From Eledone cirrhosa (lineage: Eukaryota), in NCBI GenBank assembly GCA_964016885.1, contig OZ024756.1:34596001-34660000 (forward strand): DNA of 64,000 bases, given 5' to 3'. Position numbers and translations under genes: made by a program. Below are positions 18,701-31,790 of the stretch, one piece after another (the stretch's first letter is position 1; every line of letters starts with the position of its first letter). Below the pieces are notes generated by a model. It was not told the DNA's origin and searched no databases. It saw nothing but the letters and a program-made list of their open reading frames with translations.

Positions 18701-21648
18701 TTCTCTCTAGGTATGTGAACATCATCATCATCATCATCATCGTTTAACGTCCATATTCCACGCTTGCATGGGTTTAGACGGGAGTTTTCCTACATGAGAC
18801 AAGAGTGGTTGTCTTGCTCGCATAGGACTGTCTGGCGGGTTTTCTACGGCTGGATGCCCTTCCTAACACCAACCACATTTACAGTGTGGAACTGAGAGGT
18901 TTTTACCGTGTTACCTACACGGCCACATTACAGCGTGGACTGTGTTTTTTTTGTTGTGCCACCTACACGACCTCATTTGTTTCGGGCTGGATGTTGTGGT
19001 ACCAACATAACTTTACATTGAAAGGGGTGGTGTGGATGGGGTGGGAGTAGTGGGACGGGGGTGTATTTTGTTAGAGGTGCCTACTGACTGTAGTAGGTTT
19101 CACTTTGTACTTAGATAAGGCGGGTCTTCTCTATTACTGTGTAGCACCAAAGATCTCGGTCCAGTGACATTGTCTTGGAGAGGTGTAAGTGTGTGAGGTC
19201 GGAATTTATCAAATCATCTCAGGTTTTTCTGGGTCTGCCTACTCCGTGGCTACCGTCTATTTTTATTGCCCTGCACTTTTTTATACAGCTGTCGTCTTTC
19301 ATGCACATCACGTGACCATACCAACGTAGTCTTCTCTCGAGTAAACAACATCTGATCCCTCTTATTTCTAATTTTTCCCTTAGTTCGTTTATGCTTTGTC
19401 GATCACGTATATTACTATTACACATCCAGTGGAGCATGCAAGCTTTGTTCCTCTCCAGTCTGCGTATATCCTCTACACACAATGCCGAGGTCTCACTGCC
19501 ATGCAACATTGCTGTTCGTATGCAGGCATCATACAGCCTGCCTTTCATTTTTAGGGAGAACCCTTTAGCGGCTAATAGTGGTATAAGCTCTCTGAACTTT
19601 TTCCATCCAGTTCTGACTCTAGCTACTGTACTTTCAGAGCACCCTCCCCCACTGCCGATTTTGTCACCCAGGTAACGGAAGCTGTCCACTATTTCTATAG
19701 AACCATCTGTGCAATGGAATGAGCTAGTATTCTCTGGGCACTTGCTGCTACTTATTGCACCAGAGCACCTCGTTAGAGTGGCCTTTTAAGGTGCCTACAT
19801 TCATGGTACCAACTCTGAAGTTTTGGATTGCGTTTGGTGGGTGGGGCGCAGGGATAGGATTGGGGTTATGTTGGCCATCCGTGGCCGCAACAAAGAGGAG
19901 AGGGCCTTGCCCTTTCGTCCGGCAGCATGAGGTGAATTTGTCGTTATCTTTGGCATTGTCTTCGAGTGTCCAGATTCTTCAGACTCTCCAGAAATTCCTT
20001 AGTCCATCCATCATATCGAAAAGCAACCAGAAGTGATAGCATAGGCCATTGACTTGTGATTGGTCCAAATAATAAAGGTGGAGAGTGGGGGCGGGCGGGA
20101 TGGGTATGGTGGGGTAGTTAGCGAGGAGAAGATTATTTAGAACAGTCACAGAATTATAGAATAGCAATTATGAAGTAGGATTTGGATTCTGGGCGATTAT
20201 AGATATATGGATGAATGAACCGACGGGTGGGGAGACCAGAAGAAAATGTTATTTGTACATTACATTTCGTAGAAGTGAACTGACCATTAATAAGAGTTGA
20301 CAAATTTTGAGTTTTGTCCCTCATAACAGGTTTATTTATATTTGGTGGGAGTGAGAGAGAGAGAGTGAGGGTGATAGCGATTTAGAGGGCCGAGAGAAGC
20401 CATTTTTATGAATCCTGGAAAAATTTTCGGCCAAAATGGTAGCGAGAAGATTATTTAGAACAAGCGTGGAGAAGATTAAGAACAGTCAGACAGAATTATA
20501 GAATAGCAATTATGAAGTAGGATTTGGATTCTGGGCGATTATAGATATATGGATGAATGAACCGAAGGGTGGGGAGACAAGAAGAAAATGTTATTTGTAC
20601 ATTACATTTCGTAGAAGTGGACTGACCATTAATAAGAGTTGACAAATTCTGAGTTTTGTCCCTCGTAACAGGTTTATTTATATTCTGAGTTTTGTCCCTC
20701 GTAACAGGTTTATTTATATTTAGAAATCAACTGGTTGACAACTAAAGAAGTGAAGGCATATGGCCTAGTGGTTAGGGTTTCATGTTTGTTTTTCGTGATA
20801 GGACTGGGTCCCCTATCATTAAAACATCTGAGAAACCTCCTGTAAGCTACAACCTCATAGGAGGCTAGCTAAACATACAGAGGTATGAGCTATAACAACA
20901 ATATGATAGGACTGGAACCCCTATAATTAAAACACCTAAGAAACTTTCTATGAGAATCGACCAGGTGTGAGCTATAAATTTCATTTTTATTTTTTTTATT
21001 TTAACAACTAAATAAGATTTTTATGTATGTAGTGTTTATTTTAATTGAGTACACAGCAGGTATTTAGTATTTAATTACTCTATATATACTGTTATATTTT
21101 CATGGTAAAGGCTTTATCTCACATAATATCGAATCTATGAGATTTTGATATTATTTATTTTGAGAACAATACCTTTATGTCAGTATTAGCAGCCAGTTAC
21201 GGCTGGCTTGAGCAGAAAGAGGTGAGAGAATTCTGGCCAGTTTAAATGCTAAAGGGTTAAAATAGTTCCAGTGAGGTTTGAACTCAGTGTGCAGAGAGCT
21301 GGAACAAATACCAATGTATTTAATCCATTCTTCTAATAACTCTGCCAATTTGCTGTTTTAAATGTCAGATTATGTTTGTTTTACCAAATATGGTAATGAA
21401 AAGGTTAATAATGAAAATGTTATTTTACTAAAGTCCTCCGAATTCTTGATGATTTTCAAAATTAATTAAAGTACATGAACGATGTATTTTATCAGAAATA
21501 TGGTCACAGAAGATAGCTTATCTTTCTGTAGTCAACCTACATATCAACAATGTAAGATTTCTTTGACATCACATCATAAAATCAAGTTTTAGCTGAATAA
21601 GATAGTGCACGTTTTGTCTGGATTTACAATAATTTCTTTATCCTCTTT

Positions 21649-21680
<32 letters not shown>

Positions 21681-24600
21681 TGACATGACATGAAAAAGCA
21701 CCCAGTCCTCCCTGTAAGGTGGTTGTACTGGTGACATGACAAAAAAGCACCCTAACATAGTTGGCGTTAGGAAGGGCATCCAGCCATAGAAACGAAGCCA
21801 AAATACAGATCTGTAGGAGCAAAGGAGAAACAACATATGTGTATGTATGATACAACATGGCCCCCAGTCATTAAAACACCCAAGAAACCTTGTAGACAGC
21901 TAGCTAAACCTGCATAAGTGCGAGCTGTAAATTTTATTCTTTCATTTTTATGCTTGATTAGAATAAAACAGATGTAGAGACACAATTGATGATAGGGAAT
22001 ATTTCTTACATAGACACAAAGCCAAAAATTTTACCACAAAAATGCACTTCATCATCATCATCATCGTCATCACCGTTTTACATCCGTTCTTCCATGCTAG
22101 CATGGGTTAGACGGGTTGTCCTGTTGTGGGCAGTGTCCAATCGGCTGACCGTGTCTTGCTCATACGGGAACTGATTCTGGCTTGATTTCTACAGCTGGAT
22201 GCACTTCCTAACACCAACCTCATTTACAGTAAGTGCTGGGTGCTTTTTTCCGTGGCGCCTACATGACCACTTTACAGTGTGGGCTGGGTGCTTTTTTGCA
22301 GTGGGAGAATATTGTCTATATGCTTCAGCTTCGGTTTGTACCCGTGGGGGGTCGGATCTTCTGTATTACTGCGTGACGCCAGAGGTCACGGTCGACTGTC
22401 ATCAACTTTGAGAGGTGTAATTAGGTAAGATCGGCTTTTATCACCTCATCCCAGGTCTTCTTGGGTCTCCCCACTCCGCGGTTTCCATCGACTTCTACTG
22501 CTCTGCACCTTTTTATGCAGCTGTCATCCTTCATACGCATCACATGTCCATACCAACGCAACCGTCTCTCCTGCACACAGCATTTGATTCCTGTTATCCT
22601 CAGTCTCTCTCTCAATTCATTTATGCTTTGCCGTTCGCGTATATTACTATTACACATCCATCGGAGCATGCAGGCTTCGTTTCTTTCTAATCTACGCAAA
22701 TCTTCCACAGACAGCGCCCAGGTCTCACTACCATGTAACATTGCTGTTCGTATACACGCATCATACAGTCTGCCTTTCATTTTGAGGGAAAAGCCTTTTG
22801 CAGCTAGCAGTGGCAGTAGCTCCCTGATCTTCCATCCCGTTCTTACCCTAGTTATTGTACTTTCCGAACACCCACTTCCGCTGCTAATTCGGTCACCTAG
22901 GTAGCAGAAGCTGCCTACTGTTTCTACAGAGCCCTCCCAGAGTTTGATGGTACTTGTTTCCTGTGGCTGTTTGCTGCTAGCTGTCCCAGCACAGCTGCTA
23001 CATGTGAAGCCTACATTCTTAGTTAAGCTTCCTGAGATCCCGCTACATCTTTTGTGTACCCATTGTTGGCATTTGGGGCAGAGAATGGAGTTCCTACCTC
23101 CACTTTTCCTACATACTGAGCAAGGCCATTTCCCTGAGAGGATCTGGGTTCTGTTTTCTCGTCGACTTACAAGGACCTTAAGTCTTTGTCAGGTTGACTT
23201 TGAGACCCTTTCTTTCTAGTCCCTGCTTCCAAGTTTGGAATTTCTTCTCTAGTTCTACCATAGATTCAGCTATAAGTGCGAGGTCATCTGCATACAGGAG
23301 TCCCCATGGGCATCCGGTCTTAAACTCCTCTGTTATTGCCTGCAGGACTATGATGAACATGAGAGGGCTAAGAACAGAGCCCTGGTGGACACCGACCTGT
23401 ACGCTAAATTCCTCGCTATACTCATTGCTAATCCTAACTTTGCTGACTGCTCCCCTATACATGGCTTGTACAGCTTTCACAAGCCATTCATCTACTCCTA
23501 GTTTTCTAAGAGCCCACCAGATTATAGTACGGGGAACTCTGTCAAAGGCTTTCTCGAGATCGATGAATGCCAGGTAGAGTGGCTTACTTTTAGCTAGGTA
23601 CTTTTCCTGTAACTGCCTCACAAGGAAGAGGGCATCAGTGGTGCCTCTTGCTGGCACAAACCCAAATTACATCTCATCTAGTTTCACCCGGTCCCTGATC
23701 AACTGTGCTATAACTCTTTATGTTACTTTCATGACCTGGTCCATCAGCTTTATACCTCTATAGTTTCCTCTATCTAGTGCATCACCTTTACCTTTGTAGC
23801 AGTTGACAATGATGCTACTGTACCAATCCTTTGGTATGACACCTAGTATTACCTGGTTAACAATACGTGTGGTTATGGTGTGACCTACTGACCCAGATGC
23901 CTTCAGCATCTCGGCAGCTATACCCGATGGACCGGTTGCCTTCCCCGTCTTCACATCTTTGATTGCCTTACTTACTACGCTGCTGCTGACTTGTAGTGCT
24001 GGCCCCTCTATAGGGTCTACTTGGGGTAGGGTCTCTTCTTCCCATGCATTCTCCTCATTTAGTAATCTATCATAATGGCTCTTCCATGCATCTTTCTTCT
24101 CAGTACTTGTGAGAGCAAGCTCACCTTTATCATTCCGGATACAATTCTCTCCAATGACATCACAATTCTCTCTGACACACTGCCTCGCAATCTTGAACAC
24201 CTCCTGTTTCTGGTCCTCACGTTGCAAAACATGCTTGAATTTTCTATCCTCTGCTTCCCTCCTAGCTAAGTATACTTGTCACCTAGCTTCCCTCCTGGTC
24301 TCTATGTAATGTAACCTGTTTCCCCCGTTCTTCCATTCTTTCCATGCCTGTCTCTTGGCCTTAACTGCCTCATCTACCTTATTGTTCCACCACCAAGTCA
24401 CTCTCCTCCTGCCTGTGGTCTTACTCCAGCCACAGATCTCATCCGTCGCCTCTAGTAAGTTATTTTTTAGGAACTCCCAGTGCTCTTCTACATTGAATGT
24501 CTGTATCTGTTCTTCTTTATTCTCATAGGCATTGAGTAAAATATCTTTAAATCTGTTACTGGCTGAGGAGTCTTTCAGCTTCCAGATCTTTCTTCTCCAG

Positions 24601-27600
24601 GTAGGCTTCTGTTTCCAGGTTCGTCTAGTTCTGACCGTGAGATCGCTGACAACTAAGCTATGTTGGGAGGTACATTCCTCACTAGGGAAGGCTTTCGTGT
24701 TTACGACCGTCCATCTGTCACATCCTCTGATGAGGACAAAATCTATCTGATTAGAATGCTCCCCTGATCTATAGGTGATCAGGTGGTTGTCGGGTTTTTT
24801 GAAGTTTGTGTTACATATCGACATGTCATTGGCGTCGCAGAATTCTAGAAGCCTGAAACCTTCTTCATTTCTTGTGCCAACCCCATGGACTCTATAGAAG
24901 CCGTCACAGTGTTTACCTACGTGTCCGTTAAAATCTCTTGCAATGATTAAGAAGTCATTGTCGTTTGTTAGAGCAGTAGTGTGCATTAGGGACTCGTAAA
25001 ACCTATCCTTAAGTTCGTCTGGTAACCCTGATTGGGGTGTGTAAGCTGATATATAGAGTAATGTAAATGCTAACGGGTTAGAACTCTTTGTGGTATATGT
25101 TGTGGTTTTCTGCAAATCGCGCTGAGGTCAGTTTTGCCTTTCGTATGTCTGGGTTCAATAAGAACCTTATTTATGTAGAATTTGAAGTTGGTGAAAATCG
25201 GCAAAATATTGACTTTGAATATAAGCCGGCTTTCATTTTACAATCAATTTTTTTTTTCCCGTCACATATTTCTTCGCTTATATACAAGTATAATTCCAAA
25301 GGCATTAAAATTCTTCTTTAGGTCCCTCACTCCAAGGACAACTGGATATTACCAAAGTTTATAAAATACCAGCTTGCGCTGACATCCAATTTCCAAATAA
25401 AGTCGAGCCTGACTTTCCATCCGGTCTGAAGAAGCGCTATGTACCATTTGGAAGCAGTAAGTAACAAACTATTATAGTTGCTCTTTAAGTCATCATCATC
25501 ATCATCATCATCATACATCCACTTTTCTATGTTGGTGTGGGTTGGACGTGTCTTTCACAGCCCAGTGCCCCTCAACATGTGTCCCTGTGTATGCTGGGAA
25601 TTGTATAGGTTGTACTGGTTATATTTATATTTTGGGCATGGTTTTTCTAGCTAGATTCCCATGCTATCACTAAACACTTAACTGTGGATTGGATGTGTTT
25701 TATTGTGCCATCATCATCTTTTTACATAAACTTTTCCTTGCTTGCATGGGTTGGAGGGGTCCTTTCCTGCACAATATCTTTCTGTTCATCACAGTCCTTT
25801 GCCATCTCTGTGAGCTTCAGTGGTTTGAGATCAGCTCTCATGACTTCCACTTATCTATCTATATATATATATATATCATCATCATCATCAACGTTTAACG
25901 TCTATCTTCCACGCTAGCATGGGTTTAGATGGGAATTGTCCTACTTGAGGCAAGATTGGTCGGGTGACCATGTCTTGCTCGTATAGGGCTGTCTGGCAGG
26001 TTTTCTACGGCTGGATGCCCTTCCTAACACCAACCACATGATGAAAATCACCCAGTCAACATTGTAATGTGATTGGTGTTTAGGAAGGACATCCAGCTGT
26101 AGATACCAAGCCAAAATACAGATCCATATAAGCAAGATGTGGTCACTTGATCTGGCATGTCTCATAATGTGACAACCTGTTTAACCCATGCAAGCATGGA
26201 AAATAGCCATTAAATGATGATGATGATGATGATTATGGCTATTTGTATTTCTTGTTTTTTGAGTTTGTCTTGAAATCCTATTTAATGTGTTACAGGTTCC
26301 CCCAAACACCTGACCAGCATGAAGAGAAAGGCCTCTGATACAGGTATGGTCAGCAATATAGGGGAAGAAAGTTATTTTTTATATGTATTGTAGTAAGCCA
26401 CATAAGGCAGACTATAAAATTCCATCCTAATTTCATGTATGAACCTTTGTTAAGTTATCTTCCAAATATCAGCTTAATAATGAGAACAAGTTCTTGATTA
26501 TTTTCGAAATGATTTGAAAATCACAAGGAATATCTTTCATTAGAAATATTGTAACAAATGTATTAAAATGTTTATATTTATCTTAACAACTTTCCTTCAT
26601 GAAAGTTAGATATATATATTTCTAAATGTCTCCAAAGTCTTGATTATTTTCAGAAATATTTGAAAATCATAGGCAGTGTCTTGTATTAAAATAGAAATAT
26701 GCAAATGAAAGGGTTAATTATACAGTATTGTTTTTTTTTTTATTGAACAATTCCTTTCTGTAGACATTGAAACACCAGGTGGGAAGAGAAGAAAAGAAAA
26801 ACATAAGAAGAAGAAGAAGAAGAAAAATAGGGATGAGGAGGAGGAAGAAAATGGAGAGGAGCAAGATGACAGTATTATACTTGTTGAGGACATTCAGATA
26901 CCAAGTAAGTAGATGGACATAGACATATGTATGTAGGTGTGTGTGTGTGTATATATGTAGTTTGTCTGTGGGTGTGTGTCTGGGTCTATAAAATGACCAC
27001 TCGCCATGTTCATTCGTCATTTCTTCAGTGAGTCTCGGCTATTTGAGGTCAGCTCTCACAACCTCTGCCAAGGTCTTTCTTGGTCTACCTCTACTGTGGC
27101 TTTCTTCCACTGAGATTTCCTAACACTTCTTCTCCCAGTGATAATAATCTGTGTGCATCACATATCTGTATCAATGCAGTCTTCTCTTCTGTATGTCACC
27201 TTGGATTCCTCTTAAACCCAACTTCTCCATTAGCTCGTCCAAGCTATGCCTTTCTCTCACACTTACATTGCACATCTAATGAAGCATGGTTGCTTCATTT
27301 CTGTCCAGTCACAGCCCTTGTTTCACTACCATACATCATCACATTCAGGCATCATATATATATTATATACACACACATACTAGGTGTACAGAGAGCTATA
27401 TTGCATGCTGGGTAGTAAAATACGAAATGTGTTTCTACTTTAGGTGAGTTGACAATAAAAGACACCTACCCTGCTGGAGATACTGAACAGACATTCCAGA
27501 AAGTTCATAAACATCACAAGAAAAAGAAAAAGAAGCACAAAGAAGCCTTCACAGGTAAAAAAAAAGAAACCCTTTGTAAATCCCATGTTTCCATTAAACT

Positions 27601-28372
27601 AAAACTAAATTTTTTTTCTATTTTTTTTCACATGGTTATATATATATATATATATATATATATAGATATATATATATAGAGAGAGAAAAGATGAAGTTGG
27701 AAATAGCACGGGAGATATGTTTAAGGGTCTGTTTTTCTTTTTTGATTCGTCAAAGTGACATTATTGAAAAGATAGTGTTATTAAAAGAAGAGGGACAATT
27801 CTTTTTGGAAATTTTTTTTATTAAGTATATAAAGTGTATGAAAAAATTAGCGGTATCGATGTATTAAAATCCATCTTGTCAAATTCAGTGAAAAAAGTTA
27901 ATTAAATAGATAGAGAAGAACTTTTTCTTAATTCCCCTCTACAAAAGTAACTTTAACAGACAAACTGTAAAAACACAACCCCACACATATTTGTGCATAC
28001 ATATATGCACACACTCACATGTGTGTACTGTTGTATGTACACCGTCACTATACATGTGTGTGTGTGGGTATGTACACATACCAACCTACCACAGTAGTCG
28101 TTTTTGATTTTAATTTTAATTTTAAACCCTTTTTTTACTCTCTTTTTAATTAACTCTTTTCACTGAATTTGACAAGATGGATTTTAATACATCGAAACCG
28201 GTAATTTTTTCATATACTTTATTTACTTCATAAAAAAATTGAATCAAGAAAGAATTGTTCCTCTTTTTAATAACACAATCTTTTCAATAATGTCACTTAA
28301 ACATATCTTCCATGCTATTTCCAACTTCATCTTTTCTCTGTACCCACTGTTTTGTATAGAACCTCACTTCCC

Positions 28373-28405
<33 letters not shown>

Positions 28406-29234
28406 GTATACTTACACACAAATCTTATCAAATTTTTGCCACCTAATTTTCCATGCTAGCCGTGGATCAGGTGGTGCTTTACAGCCAGTTGCTCTTCCTG
28501 ACGCCAACCCTTTTAAGGATCTCTTGGGATGTGCATGGATTCACTGGACCTATTCATTCTACATCTGCTTTCCACGTGTGTAAATATACACTTGTGTCAT
28601 CACTTTTTTCTCATCAAATTTTCTTCTTAATTATAATTTACCCTCAAGTTGGCGAAATTTACTCGCTTTGGGTGAGCTTACCACAAGTTGTGAAGCCATG
28701 GCTTGTGCATTGTTCTATGATGTTTGCCTCTGCTAGATAAGATGATCATCTCAAGTACATAGCCACATACTTGGAGATATACCGTGTCTGAAAATATATG
28801 TACGGGACATAACTCTTCTTTTCTTAAATGCTTATATTAATCATAATTTCATCTACATTAGTGTGAGCTTTTGGTGTTGATGTTTAACCCCAGGTCGGTC
28901 ATGATCCAGCCCACGTTATGGTAAAAAACATTGCAAGTGAGATTTGGCTATTTTAGCAACTCGATACACCGTTGGATGAGTATATAATATAAACAACTCT
29001 CGTTCTTGACCTCGACTGTGAGATCTTGGTCTTAGATTCACAGCCCCCCCCCCCCCCCCCCATACACACACACGCACCTAAATAATTCACATCAGTTACT
29101 TGTTTAATATCTTTCTTTCTCTTTCATATATTTACTTGTTCAGTGTCTCATCTCTAATATTCCCCTGTCTAATGTATCATTTCTCTTTCATACATTTGCT
29201 CAATGTTTCTTTCTATTTTCTAGATGCAACGTAA
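15793..29234 (+). CDS. POLR1G: DNA-directed RNA polymerase I subunit RPA34 (PAF49/CD3EAP-like), 197 aa, 9 small coding exons
   Basis: Exons 15793-15803, 16717-16828, 17336-17401, 17798-17842, 18656-18710, 25322-25456, 26296-26343, 27444-27554, 29224-29234(TAA); 594 nt, phases match. YECPQGF, ELWLIKSPVDFD, PSGLKKRYVPFG and the Lys-rich tail HKKKKKKHK fit the A34/PAF49 family. AATAAA at 29425. Confidence 0.85.
16181..16610 (+). mobile_element. Relic of CRE-clade non-LTR retrotransposon restriction-like endonuclease domain
   Basis: With frameshifts: IIKRSLARVNIPSILELAGLSRVDGKR*DGL..RGRCLIW..ATVSYSFAPSYI..KILKYKELSGNYF..QPVVF, matching the LEP.GL.R.DGKRPDG..WDATV..KY..P...ET.G signature. Confidence 0.7.
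16940..17222. mobile_element. Inverted pair of decayed minimal hammerhead repeats; third copy at 48040-48110
   Basis: 17163-17198 (+) UCUU CUGAUGA..AAAA CGUU AAGA; 16959-16991 (-); 48052-48087 (+) AUGAUGA A AGAC UAGU GUCU GAAA CGUU AAGA. Shared downstream flank (ttcct..ctatatcaag). Confidence 0.55.
17906..18640. repeat. 45-47-bp AT-rich minisatellite, about 15 copies, POLR1G intron 4
   Basis: Unit TTATTTAAAACTATGTCT(AT)AGTCTTACAWATATATTGTGTAACAGA. Confidence 0.92.
18720..20120 (-). mobile_element. Internally deleted RTE-clade LINE (5' region and APE start fused to ORF 3' end, 3'UTR and (GAT)n tail)
   Basis: Minus strand QNFRVGTMNVGTLKGHSNEV (about 19830-19768) joined directly to CSGAIS..EIVDSFRYLGD..LHGSET..RRLRWYGHV..GRPRKT; (ATC)n at 18720-18741. 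Confidence 0.85.
20120..20722. repeat. Direct duplication of about 220 bp plus a 37-bp terminal duplication
   Basis: 20120-20343 is nearly identical to 20440-20685; TTCTGAGTTTTGTCCCTCGTAACAGGTTTATTTATAT occurs twice at 20647-20720. Confidence 0.85.
22049..25049 (-). mobile_element. 5'-truncated, frameshifted RTE-clade LINE (APE endonuclease, RT, PHD-like finger)
   Basis: ORFs 24279-25115 (SAYTPQ, DFNGHVG, QIDFVL, SQHSLV), 23718-24227 (GKATGPSGI, YRGIKL), 23178-23657 (DLEKAFD, QGSVLSP, YADD) and 22421-22780; (ATC)n tail at 22049-22070. Confidence 0.95.
26990..27350 (-). mobile_element. Decayed RTE 3' fragment
   Basis: Minus strand gives HSRGRPRKTLAEVVRADL and YGSETRAV, homologous to the RTE C-terminus. 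Confidence 0.65.
27682..28339. repeat. Long imperfect inverted repeat (about 200-bp arms) carrying hammerhead-like motifs, POLR1G intron 8
   Basis: 27682-27907 complements 28144-28339; 28165-28207 reads GAAU UUGACAA GAUG..CAUC GAAA CCGG UA AUUU. Confidence 0.75.
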
Positions 29235-31224
29235 TATCCATGAGATCCTACAGTTCACCCTACCTAATCTGCCTGGTATCATAGACTCTGCTGTTGAATA
29301 ACTTACTTACCTCCCTTGATTTGGCAAGGGAAGTAAGTGAGATATCGGCAATAATTTACCAACAACTTAACATCAGAGAATAACACAGTTTATAGAAATT
29401 ACTTGTAGTTGACCGTTGATGTTGAATAAAGACCTTGTTTCAGAAGTAATATGTTAATGGAAAATAAACAAAACTGGTCAGTTATATTCAAAAAAGATTT
29501 TAAAACAAACAGAAAACTCAGCCATGTTTGTAATATATTGTGGTCAAATCTTCAAGGATTACTTGGAGCGATAAAGTCTCCATTGATAACAGGAAGGGTT
29601 CTACTTTCTATCATGTCTGAGAGCCTATTTTAAGACTTTTACATGATATATAATATTATTTTCAAAACTTACCATTTGGTGTTGTTTATTTGTTACTGAA
29701 TGTTTTAACTATTATTTTTCATATTGGCAGTATCGGTAGAGCGTCTGACAACATGCTTTGCAACAAAGAGTTTTAAGCCCTTTATTTTTTTGTGTTCAAA
29801 TCCCGTGGCTTTGCCTTTCATCCGTATGGGGTCGATAAAATAAAGTACCAGTAATGCACTGTGGTCGATTTAATTGACTTTCCCTTCCCAAAAAATTGTT
29901 GGCCATGTGTCTAAATCAGAAAGCATTATTTTTCACATTGGATACAATTGTGTGTATAAAATATAACCATTGTTTTAGGCAGTGAACTGACAGTCATTAA
30001 TGTGTTGGATTAAATGCTTCATTATTTTTTCTGGCTAACTATGTTCTGAGTTCAAAACCTGTCACAGTCTACTTTGTTTATCGACCCCTAAAGGATGAAA
30101 AGCTAAGTACCAGTCGAAGGGTTGGTGGGATTGTTAGAGAGTCAGACAGAATGCTTTACAATATCTGTTCTGGTTCTCTACATTCTGAGTTCAAATCCCA
30201 CGTCCTTCTGCCAGGAGTTGCAGTCAGAAGATAGAAAAACCAATCAGTTCTTTTCTTTTTTGTTATTAACATCATCAAAATTTAGTCTAAAAGGGGCCTG
30301 CAAACACTATGGGCACTATCTCTTCCTCCCAAACCTAATAATTATTATTATCATTTTAAAGAAGTTTCTTTTCTTTTTCTAACAAAAGAAAGCAGCTTTT
30401 TGAGAATAAAAAGAAGTGTTTGATATATCATCAATCGTTATGGATGATGACTGTTAGGTGAAGAAATACCAGGAGTTCCAATTGGAAGGAAGTTGTGGGC
30501 AGAAGTGGTGAGAGCTAATCTCAGGATATTAAAACCTTCAAACGAAGTGACTCAAAAAAAGATAAAGAAGAACTTTTGTAATCCATGCAAGTATAGAGAA
30601 ATAGGCATAAAATTGATGATGTGGTTTATGTTAATTCCAGGTGGTGCTATTAACCAGGTGGCCAAAACCTATGTAAGTTATCAAAGTTAATGTTGAAAAA
30701 ACATGGATATGGTTGTACAGCTTAGGGGAAATATTGTTAGGCAGCTATACAGCAAGCAGACTGGATAATACACTTGTCTTCTAGAAAACTTCTCTCTCAT
30801 TCAGAAAGGTGTAAATGGTAGTATGAGTTACTTTTGTTTATTTGAGAGGGTTGGTGTTAGATAAATATTGCTTAAGTAAGGAGACTGCTATAGGTGGTAG
30901 TGAGAAGAAAGGCTGGTGGTGTTTTGGGTTAAATATACAGAGATACATAAGCTTCATTGTAATATGTTAAATATAGATGTATAAGTTGTAGTAGATTAAT
31001 GGGTGGAGCTGACTGGGTTTTTGTTTGGTGTTTCACTATTTAAACTAAATTTATTTTTGCTACCAAAAATAATATGTAAGCACCCTAATGAAATGTTTAG
31101 CCAGAGGTCTTTTGCTAGCTTAATCCACCCTTGCATAAGATCAGTACTGAAAAGAAAAAAATCACAAATTATTGTTAGGCAGGCCTGAGGCACTCATCCT
31201 CTCCAGGAAGCCACGTGTAATGCA

Positions 31225-31790
31225 CTCTACATGTGAATGGAGCTCCACTGAAGCAAGTAGAGAAGTTCAAGTATCTTGGGGCCATGTTCATGAGTGATGG
31301 AAGAAGGCTGAATTAAGTGCCAAGAATTGCAGGAACTGGTGCAGTAATCAGAAGTGGGTAGGTGTAAAAGCCAAACTTGCTATCTTTAATTTGGTAGTTG
31401 TGTCAACCCTGACCTATGGTCATAAATCGCGAATGCAAACGGCCGAAATGGGTTCCTCCGAAGGGTCTTTAGAGTAACAGTACTTGATAGAATGCGTAGC
31501 TTGGAGAGCAGAGAATCAATCTAGGTAGAGACAATACTTCTCTGAATTGAGAGATCACAGCTCTGGTACTAGGAGCATGTGGTTAGAATGTCTTAGAAAA
31601 GAATTGCTGGAGAGATTTTATAAACAAAACCAACTGACAGGTGACCCAGGGTAGACCCCGAGCAAGATGGTTAGATAACATCCATGAACTTGGCTGGTCT
31701 CGATTGGGAGTCCAGCCAGATCAGTTGGAAATTTGCTTTTGATAGTTGCTTCCATGACCCTCTCAGGAATAAGTAGATGAAGAAGAAGGC
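31225..31790 (+). mobile_element. Decayed RTE (Expander/BovB-like) 3' fragment; shorter piece at 9747-9885
   Basis: LHVNGAPLKQVEKFKYLGAMFMSDG..AKLAIF..TLTYGH..RMQTAEM..IERSQLW..HVVRM; (GAA)n tail. Confidence 0.75.
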
